Part shown: in pieces, positions 51,132 to 60,380 of the stretch
Position numbering within the stretch: the first letter of the stretch is position 1
How the letters are laid out: each line of letters starts with the position of its first letter
Origin: an uncultured delta proteobacterium
Lineage (GTDB): Bacteria; Myxococcota_A; Polyangia; Polyangiales; Houyiibacteriaceae
NCBI GenBank assembly: GCA_963699755.1
Contig: CAVOVB010000007.1
Coordinates: 320,001 to 384,000 of the forward strand
Length of the DNA: 64,000 bases
Direction of reading: 5' to 3'
Translations under genes and position numbers: made by a program
Notes under the pieces: generated by a model
What the model was told of the DNA's origin: nothing
Database searches by the model: none
What the model saw: the letters and a program-made list of their open reading frames with translations, nothing else

Positions 51132-52142
51132 ATGGCTGCGGAGAGACGAAAATACCCGCTCCCTGCGGGCGTCCTTCCGGCGAAACCGCAGGCTGGCGGC
51201 GACGACAGCGGTTCGAGCGTTCGCGCCAAGGCGCCCGTGCCCGCGGACAAAGTCAAGCACAGCCAACCCGTGCTCAAAGAAAGCCTCGTCGAGCTCGGGC
51301 GGGGGCTCGTCGACGAGCTCGTGACGCTCGGTCCGAACGAGATCGCACCGGTCGTCAGACGACTCGTGGCGCTCGGGAATTTCGGGCTGGAAGAACTGGT
51401 GAGGAGCTTTCCGGGGCCGCTCTGGGATGATGCCCTGGCCACCCACTCGCGATTGCAGCGACCCGAAGAGATCTCCGCGGTCGCTGCCGCTCTCGCCGCC
51501 TTCGAAGGTGAAGCGATCCCGTATCTCGCACGCCTGATGCGCCAGCCGAGCCCGAAGGTTCGCTACTACGCGGCGGTGATCTGCGCGGCGTATTCGAGTC
51601 CCCGCCTTATCGAACCGCTGATGCAGGTTTCCCTCGACGAAGACCGGGAATGCCGGCGCGTGGCCCTCCATCTGCTCAGCGCGTACCAACACGAGGCACT
51701 CTACCGCAGCGCCCTCGGCGAGCTTCGCCGCTGCGCATCTGAAATTTCCCAGCCGCTCGCCATTCGGCGCCGTGCAATCTCGGCGCTGACCCAACTTCGA
51801 GACGAGGCCTCGGCTCCGCTCTTCGTCGAGTTGCTGGCTGATGCCGATCGCGGCATTGCGACCGCGTGCCGTGTGGGGCTCAGGGTGCTGACCGCGCACG
51901 ACTTCGGATTTGCGCGCGACCCATGGCTCCGCTGGCTCTCGGAGCGCGGTCACGAAATCCGCACTCAATGGCTGATCGAAGGTCTCGGAGACGGCCGCGC
52001 CAATATTCGGCTGCTGGCATCGCGTGAGCTCTGGCATCTGACCCACTACCTGCAGCCATTGTCAGAGACAGCCGATCGTGAGGAATTTCTGTCCGCCCAG
52101 GAGCGCTACCAGCGTTGGTCGACAAGAAACCAACCGGTGTGA
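51132..52142 (+). CDS. HEAT-repeat protein, paralogous to the C-terminus of 55183-57306
   Basis: FPGPLW, AIPYL, VRYYA, LTAHDFG...WLRW. Confidence 0.7.
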   Translation: MAAERRKYPLPAGVLPAKPQAGGDDSGSSVRAKAPVPADKVKHSQPVLKESLVELGRGLVDELVTLGPNEIAPVVRRLVALGNFGLEELVRSFPGPLWDDALATHSRLQRPEEISAVAAALAAFEGEAIPYLARLMRQPSPKVRYYAAVICAAYSSPRLIEPLMQVSLDEDRECRRVALHLLSAYQHEALYRSALGELRRCASEISQPLAIRRRAISALTQLRDEASAPLFVELLADADRGIATACRVGLRVLTAHDFGFARDPWLRWLSERGHEIRTQWLIEGLGDGRANIRLLASRELWHLTHYLQPLSETADREEFLSAQERYQRWSTRNQPV

Positions 52143-52727
52143 CTAGAGCAGCCCGGCTTCACGCAGGAAAGCGCGCAGGGGCTCGACGCCTTCGAAGACC
52201 ACGCTCTGGATTCCAAGATCCCGCGCTACTTGGCAGTTGCCGACACGATCATCGACGAACAGGCACTCCTCGGGGGCTGCGCCGAGGGCTGCCAAGGCAT
52301 GTAGGTACGCCGCCGGGTCGGGCTTTCGCAAACCTGTGAGACAGGAGACGAACGTCCAATCGAGAAAGCGCGACGGCCTTAAACGTTCCTCGATCATTCG
52401 ATACCAAACGGGATAGTTGGAGAACGCGTGCATCCTGTGGCCTGCACGGTGAAGCTCGGCCAGAAGCTCTTCGATCCCAGGTAGCCATCGGTATGAAGCG
52501 CGAACCCTACCGAGGAAAGCTTGGCGGTCGAAGTCCCGACCGTCGGCAAAGAAGACATCTAGAAAGTCGTCCTCGCTGCGTTCCCCGCGCTCAAACTCGA
52601 CCCAGGCGCTCGGGTGCTTCACCACAAGCAGCTCGTCGAGGCTCATCGAGAAGAAGTCCGGCATCTCCACGAAAAATGGATCGTGTACCAGTGTTCCCAG
52701 GACGTCCCAAAGAAGGATCGGAGGCAT
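52143..52727 (-). CDS. HAD family phosphatase
   Basis: LWDVLGTL, FSN, RKPDP, LFVDDRVGN. Confidence 0.85.
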   Translation of the reverse strand: MPPILLWDVLGTLVHDPFFVEMPDFFSMSLDELLVVKHPSAWVEFERGERSEDDFLDVFFADGRDFDRQAFLGRVRASYRWLPGIEELLAELHRAGHRMHAFSNYPVWYRMIEERLRPSRFLDWTFVSCLTGLRKPDPAAYLHALAALGAAPEECLFVDDRVGNCQVARDLGIQSVVFEGVEPLRAFLREAGLL

Positions 52728-52731
52728 CCGC

Positions 52732-55146
52732 TCAGCCCAGCATGGAGTCACGGAGCTCTTCCGGCGCGCGCCGCTCCAGCCCGTGACGCCGGAGCTTATC
52801 CAAGAAAGTCGTGCGTTTGAGCCCCAGCATGCGCGCTGCTTCGCTCTTGTTGCCGCCGGATCGAAGTAGTGCGCGCTCGAGAAGACGGCACTCCACCTCG
52901 CTATAGGTCCCGGTCAGCGACTCCTCTTCGTCGGCAACGGGCCAGGCAAGCGGCGGCAGGTCTCGGAGGGCGATCGTCCTGGCAGATGCCTGGCCGACCG
53001 CAAGCTCGATGATCAGCTCGAGCTCGGCGATGTCACCGGGCCAGTCGTGTTCGACCAAGGCGGCCATCGCTTCCTCTTCGATGCCGACGGGCTCGCGGGC
53101 CAGAACCCGGCATGCCCGATCGATGGCCAGTAGCGCTAGCGATGGAACGTCCTCGCGCCGGTCGCGCAAAGACGGAATCGTGAGGCCGTGTCGAGAGAAC
53201 CGTCCTGCGAGGTCGGGGATGAGCGCACCGCGAATCTCGAGCTCGCCGATCGGAGCGCGTGTGGTCGCGATGAGCCTTGGCTGCAGCGCCTGGGGCTCTT
53301 CGCCGCCCTCCGCTTGCGCGTCCTGCTCGCTCAACGCTGCCGCGAGACGCGCCTGATTCTGCTTGGAGAGCGCGGGGAGATCTCGCAGGAGCAAGGTCCC
53401 AGCCGCTGCGGACTGAAACCAACCCGCACCGCCCCCGCTCTCGGAGCCGAAGAGCAAGCTCGCGACCTGCTCTGAGGGCACAGCGGAGCAATCCGCCACC
53501 ACGAAGGGCGCCGCCCAGCGCGGCCCTCGGTCATGGATGAAGCGGGAGACCGGCAAGACGGGAGACCCCGCCGGGGCGACGATCAAGACCGGATCGGTCA
53601 CCGGGGCAAGCTCGATCGCACGCCTCTGCACGCGCCTCATCGATCGGCTGTATGCGACGTACAGAGTCCGATCTTCGGCGAGCCCGCGCCCGAGGACGTC
53701 ACATTGGCCCCGCAGCTGTTCGAGCTCCCCTTCGAGCGCGGTGATCCGATCTTCGGCCTCACGGCGCAGTGTGGAAAGCTTCTGAATACGGTTGTCAGCC
53801 CGGCGTTGTGCAAGGGCCGAGGCCAGTGCGCCGCCGAGCGAATCGGCCAATCGACCCAACTCCTCGAGCTCGATGTGCGAAAGCGGCTCCGACCGATCGC
53901 CGAGCGGCAGAAGCAGGACCCCTTCGATCTGGTCGAAATGCACGCAAGGGACCGCGCAACCGATCCCCTGGAGCTCCATCGTATGCACCAGATCCCGAAT
54001 GGACGGCTCCCGAACGACTCGGGCGCGCAAGCTCACGAGGTCGAGGACTTCTTGATGACCGTCGACGAACAGAGCCTGTGTGACGGCCGCAGGAGCGTGG
54101 GCCGGCCTGATGTTCGCCCGTTCACCGGCGTCGAGCCGGATGCGCAGCGGGGGATCTAGGGTGTAGAGCTCCGGACGCTCCTCTTGCTCGCCCCGCGCCC
54201 TACTAAAGGGGACGAGAATGCCTGCGGCGATCTCGTCGAGCACCGCTCCTCCGATCAAGCCCCTCCTGGCGGCCTCCGCCCCCTCTGCGAGGCGGCCCGA
54301 GGTGCTCCAAACCGCGCGATTGGAAAGCCTTCGCACGAAGGAAAACATCATCCACCAAAGCACTCCGGAGCCGAGCGCAAACAGGCCGAGCTGCCATCGC
54401 TCGAGGAGCGCGGCCGGAGCAAAGCCATAGGTCAGCGCGAAGCACGCCGCAGACGCGAGGACAACGGGCACGCCGACACGGCGTAAGGAACGCCACCCCG
54501 AGTCTAACCAGGCGAGATGTCCAAGCCAGAGCAGCGAGGCGACGGCGAATTCGACCGTGGTCGCCAGCAAGCCCTCGAACGGACCGAACCAGGCATAGGC
54601 GAGTCCAACTGCAAGGCTAGCAAGCGCGATGCCTGACAAGCCGCCCTCGACCACATGCCCTCTGTCGACCAACACGATCTGATGAAGGGCGCCGGTCGCC
54701 AGAATCCCCACGACGACCACCACCCCAAAAGTCATTTCCGGCAGCAAGCCCTGGCGGGCCAAGCCGGCCCCGGCGAACGCAGCGAACGCGAGGGTCCCGA
54801 GAATACCGAAGCGTACCACCGGCCGGGTCTCGGGCGGCAAGACGAGATCGACGGTCGCAAGGGTTGCGAGCAGCCAGGCGATCTCGTGCGTGCGCTCGAG
54901 GAGCGCGGAACTGGTCCCAGCCGACGCGATCGCCACGGCCAGGCTCACGCCCATGAATCCCAACCTCGACGCGCCGCGCCTGCTCGACCAGGATGACAGG
55001 AGGATGAGCGGGGTCAGGGAAAGCCCGAGTGACAACAAGACGTGCACCCACTCAGGGGACGCCGCGGCATTCGAAGAGGCCCGCGCCGCCAGAACATAAA
55101 GAACGGACGCAGGACCCAGGATGGTTAGGAGCCTCGGAATTCGCAC
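52732..55146 (-). CDS. Membrane-bound sigma54-activator-like protein with degenerate AAA+ core and Fis HTH
   Basis: About 9 TM segments, GAF-like region, coiled coil, PSLRDRREDV, WPGDIAEL, GGNKSEAARMLGLKRTTF. Confidence 0.8.
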   Translation of the reverse strand: MRIPRLLTILGPASVLYVLAARASSNAAASPEWVHVLLSLGLSLTPLILLSSWSSRRGASRLGFMGVSLAVAIASAGTSSALLERTHEIAWLLATLATVDLVLPPETRPVVRFGILGTLAFAAFAGAGLARQGLLPEMTFGVVVVVGILATGALHQIVLVDRGHVVEGGLSGIALASLAVGLAYAWFGPFEGLLATTVEFAVASLLWLGHLAWLDSGWRSLRRVGVPVVLASAACFALTYGFAPAALLERWQLGLFALGSGVLWWMMFSFVRRLSNRAVWSTSGRLAEGAEAARRGLIGGAVLDEIAAGILVPFSRARGEQEERPELYTLDPPLRIRLDAGERANIRPAHAPAAVTQALFVDGHQEVLDLVSLRARVVREPSIRDLVHTMELQGIGCAVPCVHFDQIEGVLLLPLGDRSEPLSHIELEELGRLADSLGGALASALAQRRADNRIQKLSTLRREAEDRITALEGELEQLRGQCDVLGRGLAEDRTLYVAYSRSMRRVQRRAIELAPVTDPVLIVAPAGSPVLPVSRFIHDRGPRWAAPFVVADCSAVPSEQVASLLFGSESGGGAGWFQSAAAGTLLLRDLPALSKQNQARLAAALSEQDAQAEGGEEPQALQPRLIATTRAPIGELEIRGALIPDLAGRFSRHGLTIPSLRDRREDVPSLALLAIDRACRVLAREPVGIEEEAMAALVEHDWPGDIAELELIIELAVGQASARTIALRDLPPLAWPVADEEESLTGTYSEVECRLLERALLRSGGNKSEAARMLGLKRTTFLDKLRRHGLERRAPEELRDSMLG

Positions 55147-55182
55147 GATTGGAGCTCGTCTACGCGACGCGGCCGAAGTCTA

Positions 55183-57306
55183 TCACTGGCCGTCCACATG
55201 ACCAGAATCGTGGGGCCGCGGCTCCACAAACATCCTGAAACCAACGGCCACCCACCAGGTCCGATACTTCTTCTGGGCAGCGATGCGCGCCCTCTTCGGC
55301 TGGCCGGGCTCGTAGCCGAAGTCTTCCTGCGTCAGGTGCCTGAGCTCTTCGGCCGCGCGCCGGCGCAAGCGCTCATCCGAATGCATCAGCGCATTGATGA
55401 GCCAAACCACGCGGTGTTCGTTGCGGTGCTTGTCGTACCAGGCGGTCCACTTCTTCTTTCTCCTATTGAAGTCCTGGCAACTCAGGCGCACCAGGCTTGC
55501 ATGGGCAGCCGCGACCACCCTAGCGTCCGGACTTTCGAGCAAGAAGGTGAAGAATTCGAATGAATCCATGTCGCGCAGTTTTCCGAGCGCCTCGATGGCA
55601 GCTACCTGTGGCTCGAGGTTTCGGCCGTCGCGCGCAGATGCCCGAAGCCGTTCGATGAGCTGCGTGAACTCGACCTCGCAGGCATAGAGGACGCTCAGCG
55701 CTCTGTATGCGCTACTGCGAACCCCCGGATCGGAGTCGTATAATCGCCGGCCAACCGCTTGGACGAGGTCGGGGTGAACGAATTCGGAAGCGAGAACCGA
55801 CGCGTAGTAGCGAACGTCGGGGTCCTCGTCGTCGAGCAAGGGGAGCAAATAGGGGACCGAACGCTGGCCGAACGCCACGAAAGCTCTCGCGATCGGTGAA
55901 ACATCTCTGCCTGCTGGGACGTTCGCGTGGGGCTCATTGCGATCAAACCAGAGCCCACCCGGAAACTCGCGGGCCAGGGCCGGCAGCGCAGCCTCGCCAA
56001 TCGCCAACAAAGAAACGATGAGCCTTTCGTCGTCGGGTCCGGCCTCCCGAAGCTCGGCGACGAGCCCTTCGACCTCTTCTCCATAGTCGATGATGATGCT
56101 CGGGAGCGAGCCTAGCTCGGCCGCCGGCGCTGGTGCAGGACCCCACCTTCGGCCCGCGGGCTCCGTCTCGACGTTGGGCGGTGCGGAGCTCGGACCTCCG
56201 GGACGAAGGGACACGACGTCGTGCGCGATCGCGCTCCCGTCGTTGTCACGACGCGGATCGATGGGCAGATGATGCCCTGCGCGTCCGGAAGGCGGCGAAG
56301 GCGAAGGTTGCCAATCGGCGCCTGGCACGGGGGGCCAGGGGGCGGGCTGCCAGCCAGAGGCCGCTCTGGAAGACTTCTTGGGCGCTGGCGCGGGCTGCCA
56401 GGCCTGGGCGTCGGGCCGCACGGCCCCAGCCGGCGCAGGTGCCGGTTGCCAACCGCGCGTCGGCCCGCCGGGGAACGAGGCGCCATCCCCTGAAGGGCGC
56501 TGGGAGCTCCTTTGCCTCATCAACGGTCGGCCGAGGATTTCAGGAGGACGTGGTGGAAGGCTATAGCGGGTGGCGTCGACGAAGCCGGTCGTCGGATCGG
56601 AGCGCTTGCGATGTGGACCCGGGTCGGAATCGCGAAACGTGCCCGCGGGAACCGAGGAGCCGACCTTCGACGCCGCTACCAGAGGGGGTTCGGTATCGGC
56701 AATGCCGGTGGGCGGCGGGCTTGAGGACTCGAGGCGCGGGAAGGAGCCTGAGACCTGCTTCACGGGCGGGAGCGAGCTCCTGCTCCCGACGCCTTCGAAC
56801 GGCGCAACATAAGGAACTGGGCCGGCATCAGCAGCCTCGAGCTGGTGGTTGAGCTGCCTCATCCGGGTCGTCATCTCGATGTCGTAGTGACGAGCCAAGC
56901 CCGCCTCGACGCGCACCGAACAAACGATCCGCTGGACAGGGTCGATACCGAGCTCGAAGGAGATTTCGCGGAGCGTGGCATGTGGGAGTGGACGATCGAC
57001 CACCAAGACGACCGCATCTTCGGTCCTTGCGACGGGAATCAAGCGATGCCGGACGGCGAACTCGCGGGGCAAGACACGGATGGTGGTGATCGCCGTCTGC
57101 ATCACCTCGTCACGCGTGGCCGGCAAGAGCCCGTAGACGGCCGCGCAGTAGGCGTTCATCTCGTTCTCGCGAAGCAAGCCGAGCTCGAGGAGAACGGTGT
57201 CGAGATTGCCCCCGCGCATGACCTGATCCTGAATGGCCCCTTGCATTCTATCGATGGAGATCACCTGGTCGCGGACCAGGAGCGAGGCAAGAGCGGACAT
57301 ATCCAT
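55183..57306 (-). CDS. GspE-N/MshEN-like N-terminus, Pro-rich linker and HEAT repeats (FrgA-like)
   Basis: LASLLVRDQVI...Q...GGNLDTVLLELGLL; LPREFAVRHRLIPV; C-terminal HEAT repeats and LTQEDFGY. Confidence 0.7.
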   Translation of the reverse strand: MDMSALASLLVRDQVISIDRMQGAIQDQVMRGGNLDTVLLELGLLRENEMNAYCAAVYGLLPATRDEVMQTAITTIRVLPREFAVRHRLIPVARTEDAVVLVVDRPLPHATLREISFELGIDPVQRIVCSVRVEAGLARHYDIEMTTRMRQLNHQLEAADAGPVPYVAPFEGVGSRSSLPPVKQVSGSFPRLESSSPPPTGIADTEPPLVAASKVGSSVPAGTFRDSDPGPHRKRSDPTTGFVDATRYSLPPRPPEILGRPLMRQRSSQRPSGDGASFPGGPTRGWQPAPAPAGAVRPDAQAWQPAPAPKKSSRAASGWQPAPWPPVPGADWQPSPSPPSGRAGHHLPIDPRRDNDGSAIAHDVVSLRPGGPSSAPPNVETEPAGRRWGPAPAPAAELGSLPSIIIDYGEEVEGLVAELREAGPDDERLIVSLLAIGEAALPALAREFPGGLWFDRNEPHANVPAGRDVSPIARAFVAFGQRSVPYLLPLLDDEDPDVRYYASVLASEFVHPDLVQAVGRRLYDSDPGVRSSAYRALSVLYACEVEFTQLIERLRASARDGRNLEPQVAAIEALGKLRDMDSFEFFTFLLESPDARVVAAAHASLVRLSCQDFNRRKKKWTAWYDKHRNEHRVVWLINALMHSDERLRRRAAEELRHLTQEDFGYEPGQPKRARIAAQKKYRTWWVAVGFRMFVEPRPHDSGHVDGQ

Positions 57307-57336
57307 CGCAATGTTGGCTTTGGACCCGATGACCTG

Positions 57337-58068
57337 TCAACGAGCTTGTCGGAAATCACCGAGGCGGTCTGCAATGAGCGCCAGGGCAGCGGGCACGGCG
57401 GTTTCGACCCGCAGGACCCTGGTTCCCAAGCTGGCGACCGAAAACCCCGACCCTTCGAAGATCGCGATCTCCTCGTCGGTGAATCCTCCTTCTGGTCCCA
57501 GTGCGCACCATATCTGCTCGAGGGTCGGTTCGAGCGCGAGCGCTCCCTGAGCTCTGGCTCCGAACAAGACGCCTCGAGCGTCTGTTGGCACCGCCTCGAG
57601 CCATGCGCTCACGGGGCGAGGGGGGTGCACGATCGGGATGTCGTCGCGCTCACATTGAGCGGCCGCCTCGTTGGCGATTCGCGTCAGTCGTTCGACGCGT
57701 GAGCGCGCGCGCGCGCAATCCCAGCGGGGAACCGTTCGTTCGGTCTGCATCAGCGCGACCTCGTCGACGCCAAGCTCAGTTGCCATGCGCACGCAGTCGT
57801 CGAGCTTCGAGCCTTTTGGGATCGCAAGCATGAGGACGACGCGGGCGCGTTTCGTTTCGGCGGTTCGCGCAGGCTCTGCACGACAGAGCACCTCGCCAAC
57901 GACCGACTCGAGCCGCGCCGCCGCGGCGCGTCCCTTGCCATCGAATAGGACGACTGCGTCGCCGGTGCGAAGACGGAGCACGTGAACGTGAGAGCTCGCC
58001 GCGTCTCCGAGCAGCACCGCTCCGCCCTCCTCCGGTAGCTCCGGCACGTAGAGTCTACGAACGGTCAT
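57337..58068 (-). CDS. rsmE: 16S rRNA m3U1498 methyltransferase
   Basis: HVLRL..GD...LFDG, TELGV, AAQCER, GPEGGF, LGTRVLRVETA. Confidence 0.94.
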   Translation of the reverse strand: MTVRRLYVPELPEEGGAVLLGDAASSHVHVLRLRTGDAVVLFDGKGRAAAARLESVVGEVLCRAEPARTAETKRARVVLMLAIPKGSKLDDCVRMATELGVDEVALMQTERTVPRWDCARARSRVERLTRIANEAAAQCERDDIPIVHPPRPVSAWLEAVPTDARGVLFGARAQGALALEPTLEQIWCALGPEGGFTDEEIAIFEGSGFSVASLGTRVLRVETAVPAALALIADRLGDFRQAR

Positions 58069-58922
58069 GGCTCGTCGGGCCTCAGGACGCAGGCGCACCA
58101 CTCTCCCTCTTCGAGGCAGGCCTCGAGCTCCATCGGGGCGTAGGCAGCGAGCAGAGCGTCCCGTTCGCCGCGCAGGATCCCACTCAAAACGAGAACCCCA
58201 GCGGGCGCCAGGCGCGCTTGGAGGTCCTCGGGCATCTGAACGAGAACCCTGGTTTCGATGTTGGCGAGGACGATGTCGTAGTCGCCGTCGATTTCGGTCA
58301 GTGGCCGCGTCGAGACCTGAATTCCCTGCGCGACGCCGTTGAGAGCTGCATTTCGTCGTGCGACGACCACGGCATCCTCGTCGATGTCGATTGCGACAGC
58401 AGACTCGGCGCCGAGACGGAGCGCGGCGATCGACAAGACCCCGCTTCCGCATCCGACGTCCAAGACCCGCTCCCCGCCAGACACTCTCTGATCGAGGACC
58501 CGTAGGACGAGCCTGGTCGTTTCGTGGTCGCCGCTTCCGAATGCATTCTCTGGATCGATCGTGAGGACCACGTCGCCGTGCTTGCCGTCCGCCTGCTCCC
58601 AGGAAGGGTGGAGCAGAAGGCGCTGGCCAATACGCTGAGCACCAAAGCCGCGTCGCCACTCCGTCGCCCAGTCCTCTTGGGCCACGTAGATGAGATCGGC
58701 TTCGTACTCGCTACCGATCTCGCGCAAGGCGTACCGCGCGGAGGCCTCGTCCGGAAATGCTGCGATGACGACGGCCTCGCCCAGGGCCGGCTCCCGCACC
58801 AGCGTGGTTTGGTCGCGCTCTTCGAGGCCTGTTGCGCCAAGCTCCCAGAGTCGGAGCTCCGCCAGCTCGAGCTGCTCGGCTCGAACCCGAATGGTCACGA
58901 ACGGATGGCGGGCCTCGGTCAT
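58065..58922 (-). CDS. prmA: Ribosomal protein L11 methyltransferase
   Basis: EDWATEW, IDPENAFGSGDHETT, VLDVGCGSGVL, VLANI, LSGIL. Confidence 0.93.
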   Translation of the reverse strand: MTEARHPFVTIRVRAEQLELAELRLWELGATGLEERDQTTLVREPALGEAVVIAAFPDEASARYALREIGSEYEADLIYVAQEDWATEWRRGFGAQRIGQRLLLHPSWEQADGKHGDVVLTIDPENAFGSGDHETTRLVLRVLDQRVSGGERVLDVGCGSGVLSIAALRLGAESAVAIDIDEDAVVVARRNAALNGVAQGIQVSTRPLTEIDGDYDIVLANIETRVLVQMPEDLQARLAPAGVLVLSGILRGERDALLAAYAPMELEACLEEGEWCACVLRPDEP

Positions 58923-59158
58923 CGCAGTTCGACCATGCGGGCGGAGAGGTAGATCACCAGGAACAAAACCCAAGTGATTGGGCCGAGGCGGTTGCCGCCA
59001 CGCCAGGCGACGATGGGCGTGAAGAACGGCACGATGAATCCCAGGTAGCGCCATTGCGCAGCCAAGGGGCCGGAAAGCACGCGCCAGGCCATCACGAGGT
59101 GCGTGAACAGAAGCGCGGCGCCAGAAAGAGCCCAAAGCGCAAGCAACCAGAGTTCCAC
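58919..59158 (-). CDS. Small membrane protein (about 79 aa)
   Basis: Three hydrophobic segments; stop overlaps the prmA start (ATGA). GTG start inferred. Confidence 0.55.
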   Translation of the reverse strand: MELWLLALWALSGAALLFTHLVMAWRVLSGPLAAQWRYLGFIVPFFTPIVAWRGGNRLGPITWVLFLVIYLSARMVELR

Positions 59159-59193
59159 AAGTCGCGTTCTAGCCCATTGTGGGAAATTGCGCC

Positions 59194-60051
59194 TTACAAC
59201 TCCACGAACTCGGTCACCGCCTCCGGTTCCCCGCCGCAGCTCTCTGGGCGCGCGACACCCCGGTCCTCGAGCCGCAGCCGAACCATCTCCTCGCCGGATG
59301 CCGTCCGAAAGCGCGCCTCCCAAGTCGACGCGGGTTGCTCAGCGGTCCCGAGCCAATCGAGCCCATTGGCAGCTTTCAGCCCCAAGCGCTCTCGCAGGAA
59401 GATCTCCGCCGCCTGCGTGGATCGATCATAGGCGCAGCGCCCGCGAAAAAGATCCAGCTCACCGACCTCACCGGCTCGCCGTGCCGTGACCCACGCGTCT
59501 ACATGCTCCGGGCGCAGCCGGCCGTACATGAGCCCATCGGGCAGCCACAGGACACAAGGCGCAAAACGATGCCCGCCGAGGTGACTCGTCTGCCAGACGT
59601 CGACGCCTTGTGATTGAATAGCGCGGAACGCCGCGCTGCCTAAGACCCCACAGCAACGGTCGCGTCGGCCGTGAACGCACACCAGGCAGACCGGTCCGCT
59701 CTGCTCAGCGCGCATCGCGTCGAGGTCGAGGTCGAGAAGGTCTTCGTATCGGTCGAGCTCGGCCTTCGAGATCTGCTGCCGACCTCTGGCCGAAGAAACG
59801 GTCATGAAGAGCGGGTGTTTACCGGAACGCCCAGGTCGACGGATGAGCTGTAGGCGTGAGCGCGGAGTTGCGAGCCAATCACCGAGCCGGGCTCGCACCG
59901 CCTCTGTCAAGGCCTCCGTCTGAAGCGCCTTGGGTGCCCAGCTCTGCACCACTTCGAGTAGGAACCAGCGATCGACCGACTCGATTGCAGTCCCAGCGAG
60001 GGACTCTCCCAGTTCGAGCGACGCCGCCGAGCATGCGGGAACGGTCACCAC
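59194..60051 (-). CDS. Sucrase/ferredoxin-like (thioredoxin-like [2Fe-2S]) protein
   Basis: VCVHGRRDRCCG and WQTSHLGGHRFAP (2Cys-2His pattern), YGRL. Confidence 0.85.
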   Translation of the reverse strand: MVTVPACSAASLELGESLAGTAIESVDRWFLLEVVQSWAPKALQTEALTEAVRARLGDWLATPRSRLQLIRRPGRSGKHPLFMTVSSARGRQQISKAELDRYEDLLDLDLDAMRAEQSGPVCLVCVHGRRDRCCGVLGSAAFRAIQSQGVDVWQTSHLGGHRFAPCVLWLPDGLMYGRLRPEHVDAWVTARRAGEVGELDLFRGRCAYDRSTQAAEIFLRERLGLKAANGLDWLGTAEQPASTWEARFRTASGEEMVRLRLEDRGVARPESCGGEPEAVTEFVEL

Positions 60052-60368
60052 TAGTCCGCTGGTACCGGAAGGGGACGCGCCATCTCTTCGGCGGCTTGGT
60101 CGATCGTGTGTTGCCGACGCACCGCGATCTCGGACCGCCAGGCCTCGTACTTCGATTGCATGCTGGCGAGCTGCTCGCTGGCTCGCGCTAGATGGCGCTG
60201 CAGACGCTCCCGCTGTTTTGGATCGCGCGCCTCGGCGAGCGCCTCACGGACCGCTTGCTGAATGAGCTTCATCCGCGCCACCGCATCGGCGAAGTTCTCT
60301 CGCTTGGCAAAGCGACGCGCCTGCACCATCCAGATAGCCCAACGCTCTTCTTCCGTCCTGAGGTCCAT
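60051..60368 (-). CDS. Hypothetical helical protein
   Basis: Fills the operon gap with abutting start/stop; coiled-coil-like. Confidence 0.6.
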   Translation of the reverse strand: MDLRTEEERWAIWMVQARRFAKRENFADAVARMKLIQQAVREALAEARDPKQRERLQRHLARASEQLASMQSKYEAWRSEIAVRRQHTIDQAAEEMARPLPVPAD

Positions 60369-60380
60369 CGCTCTGCCAAT

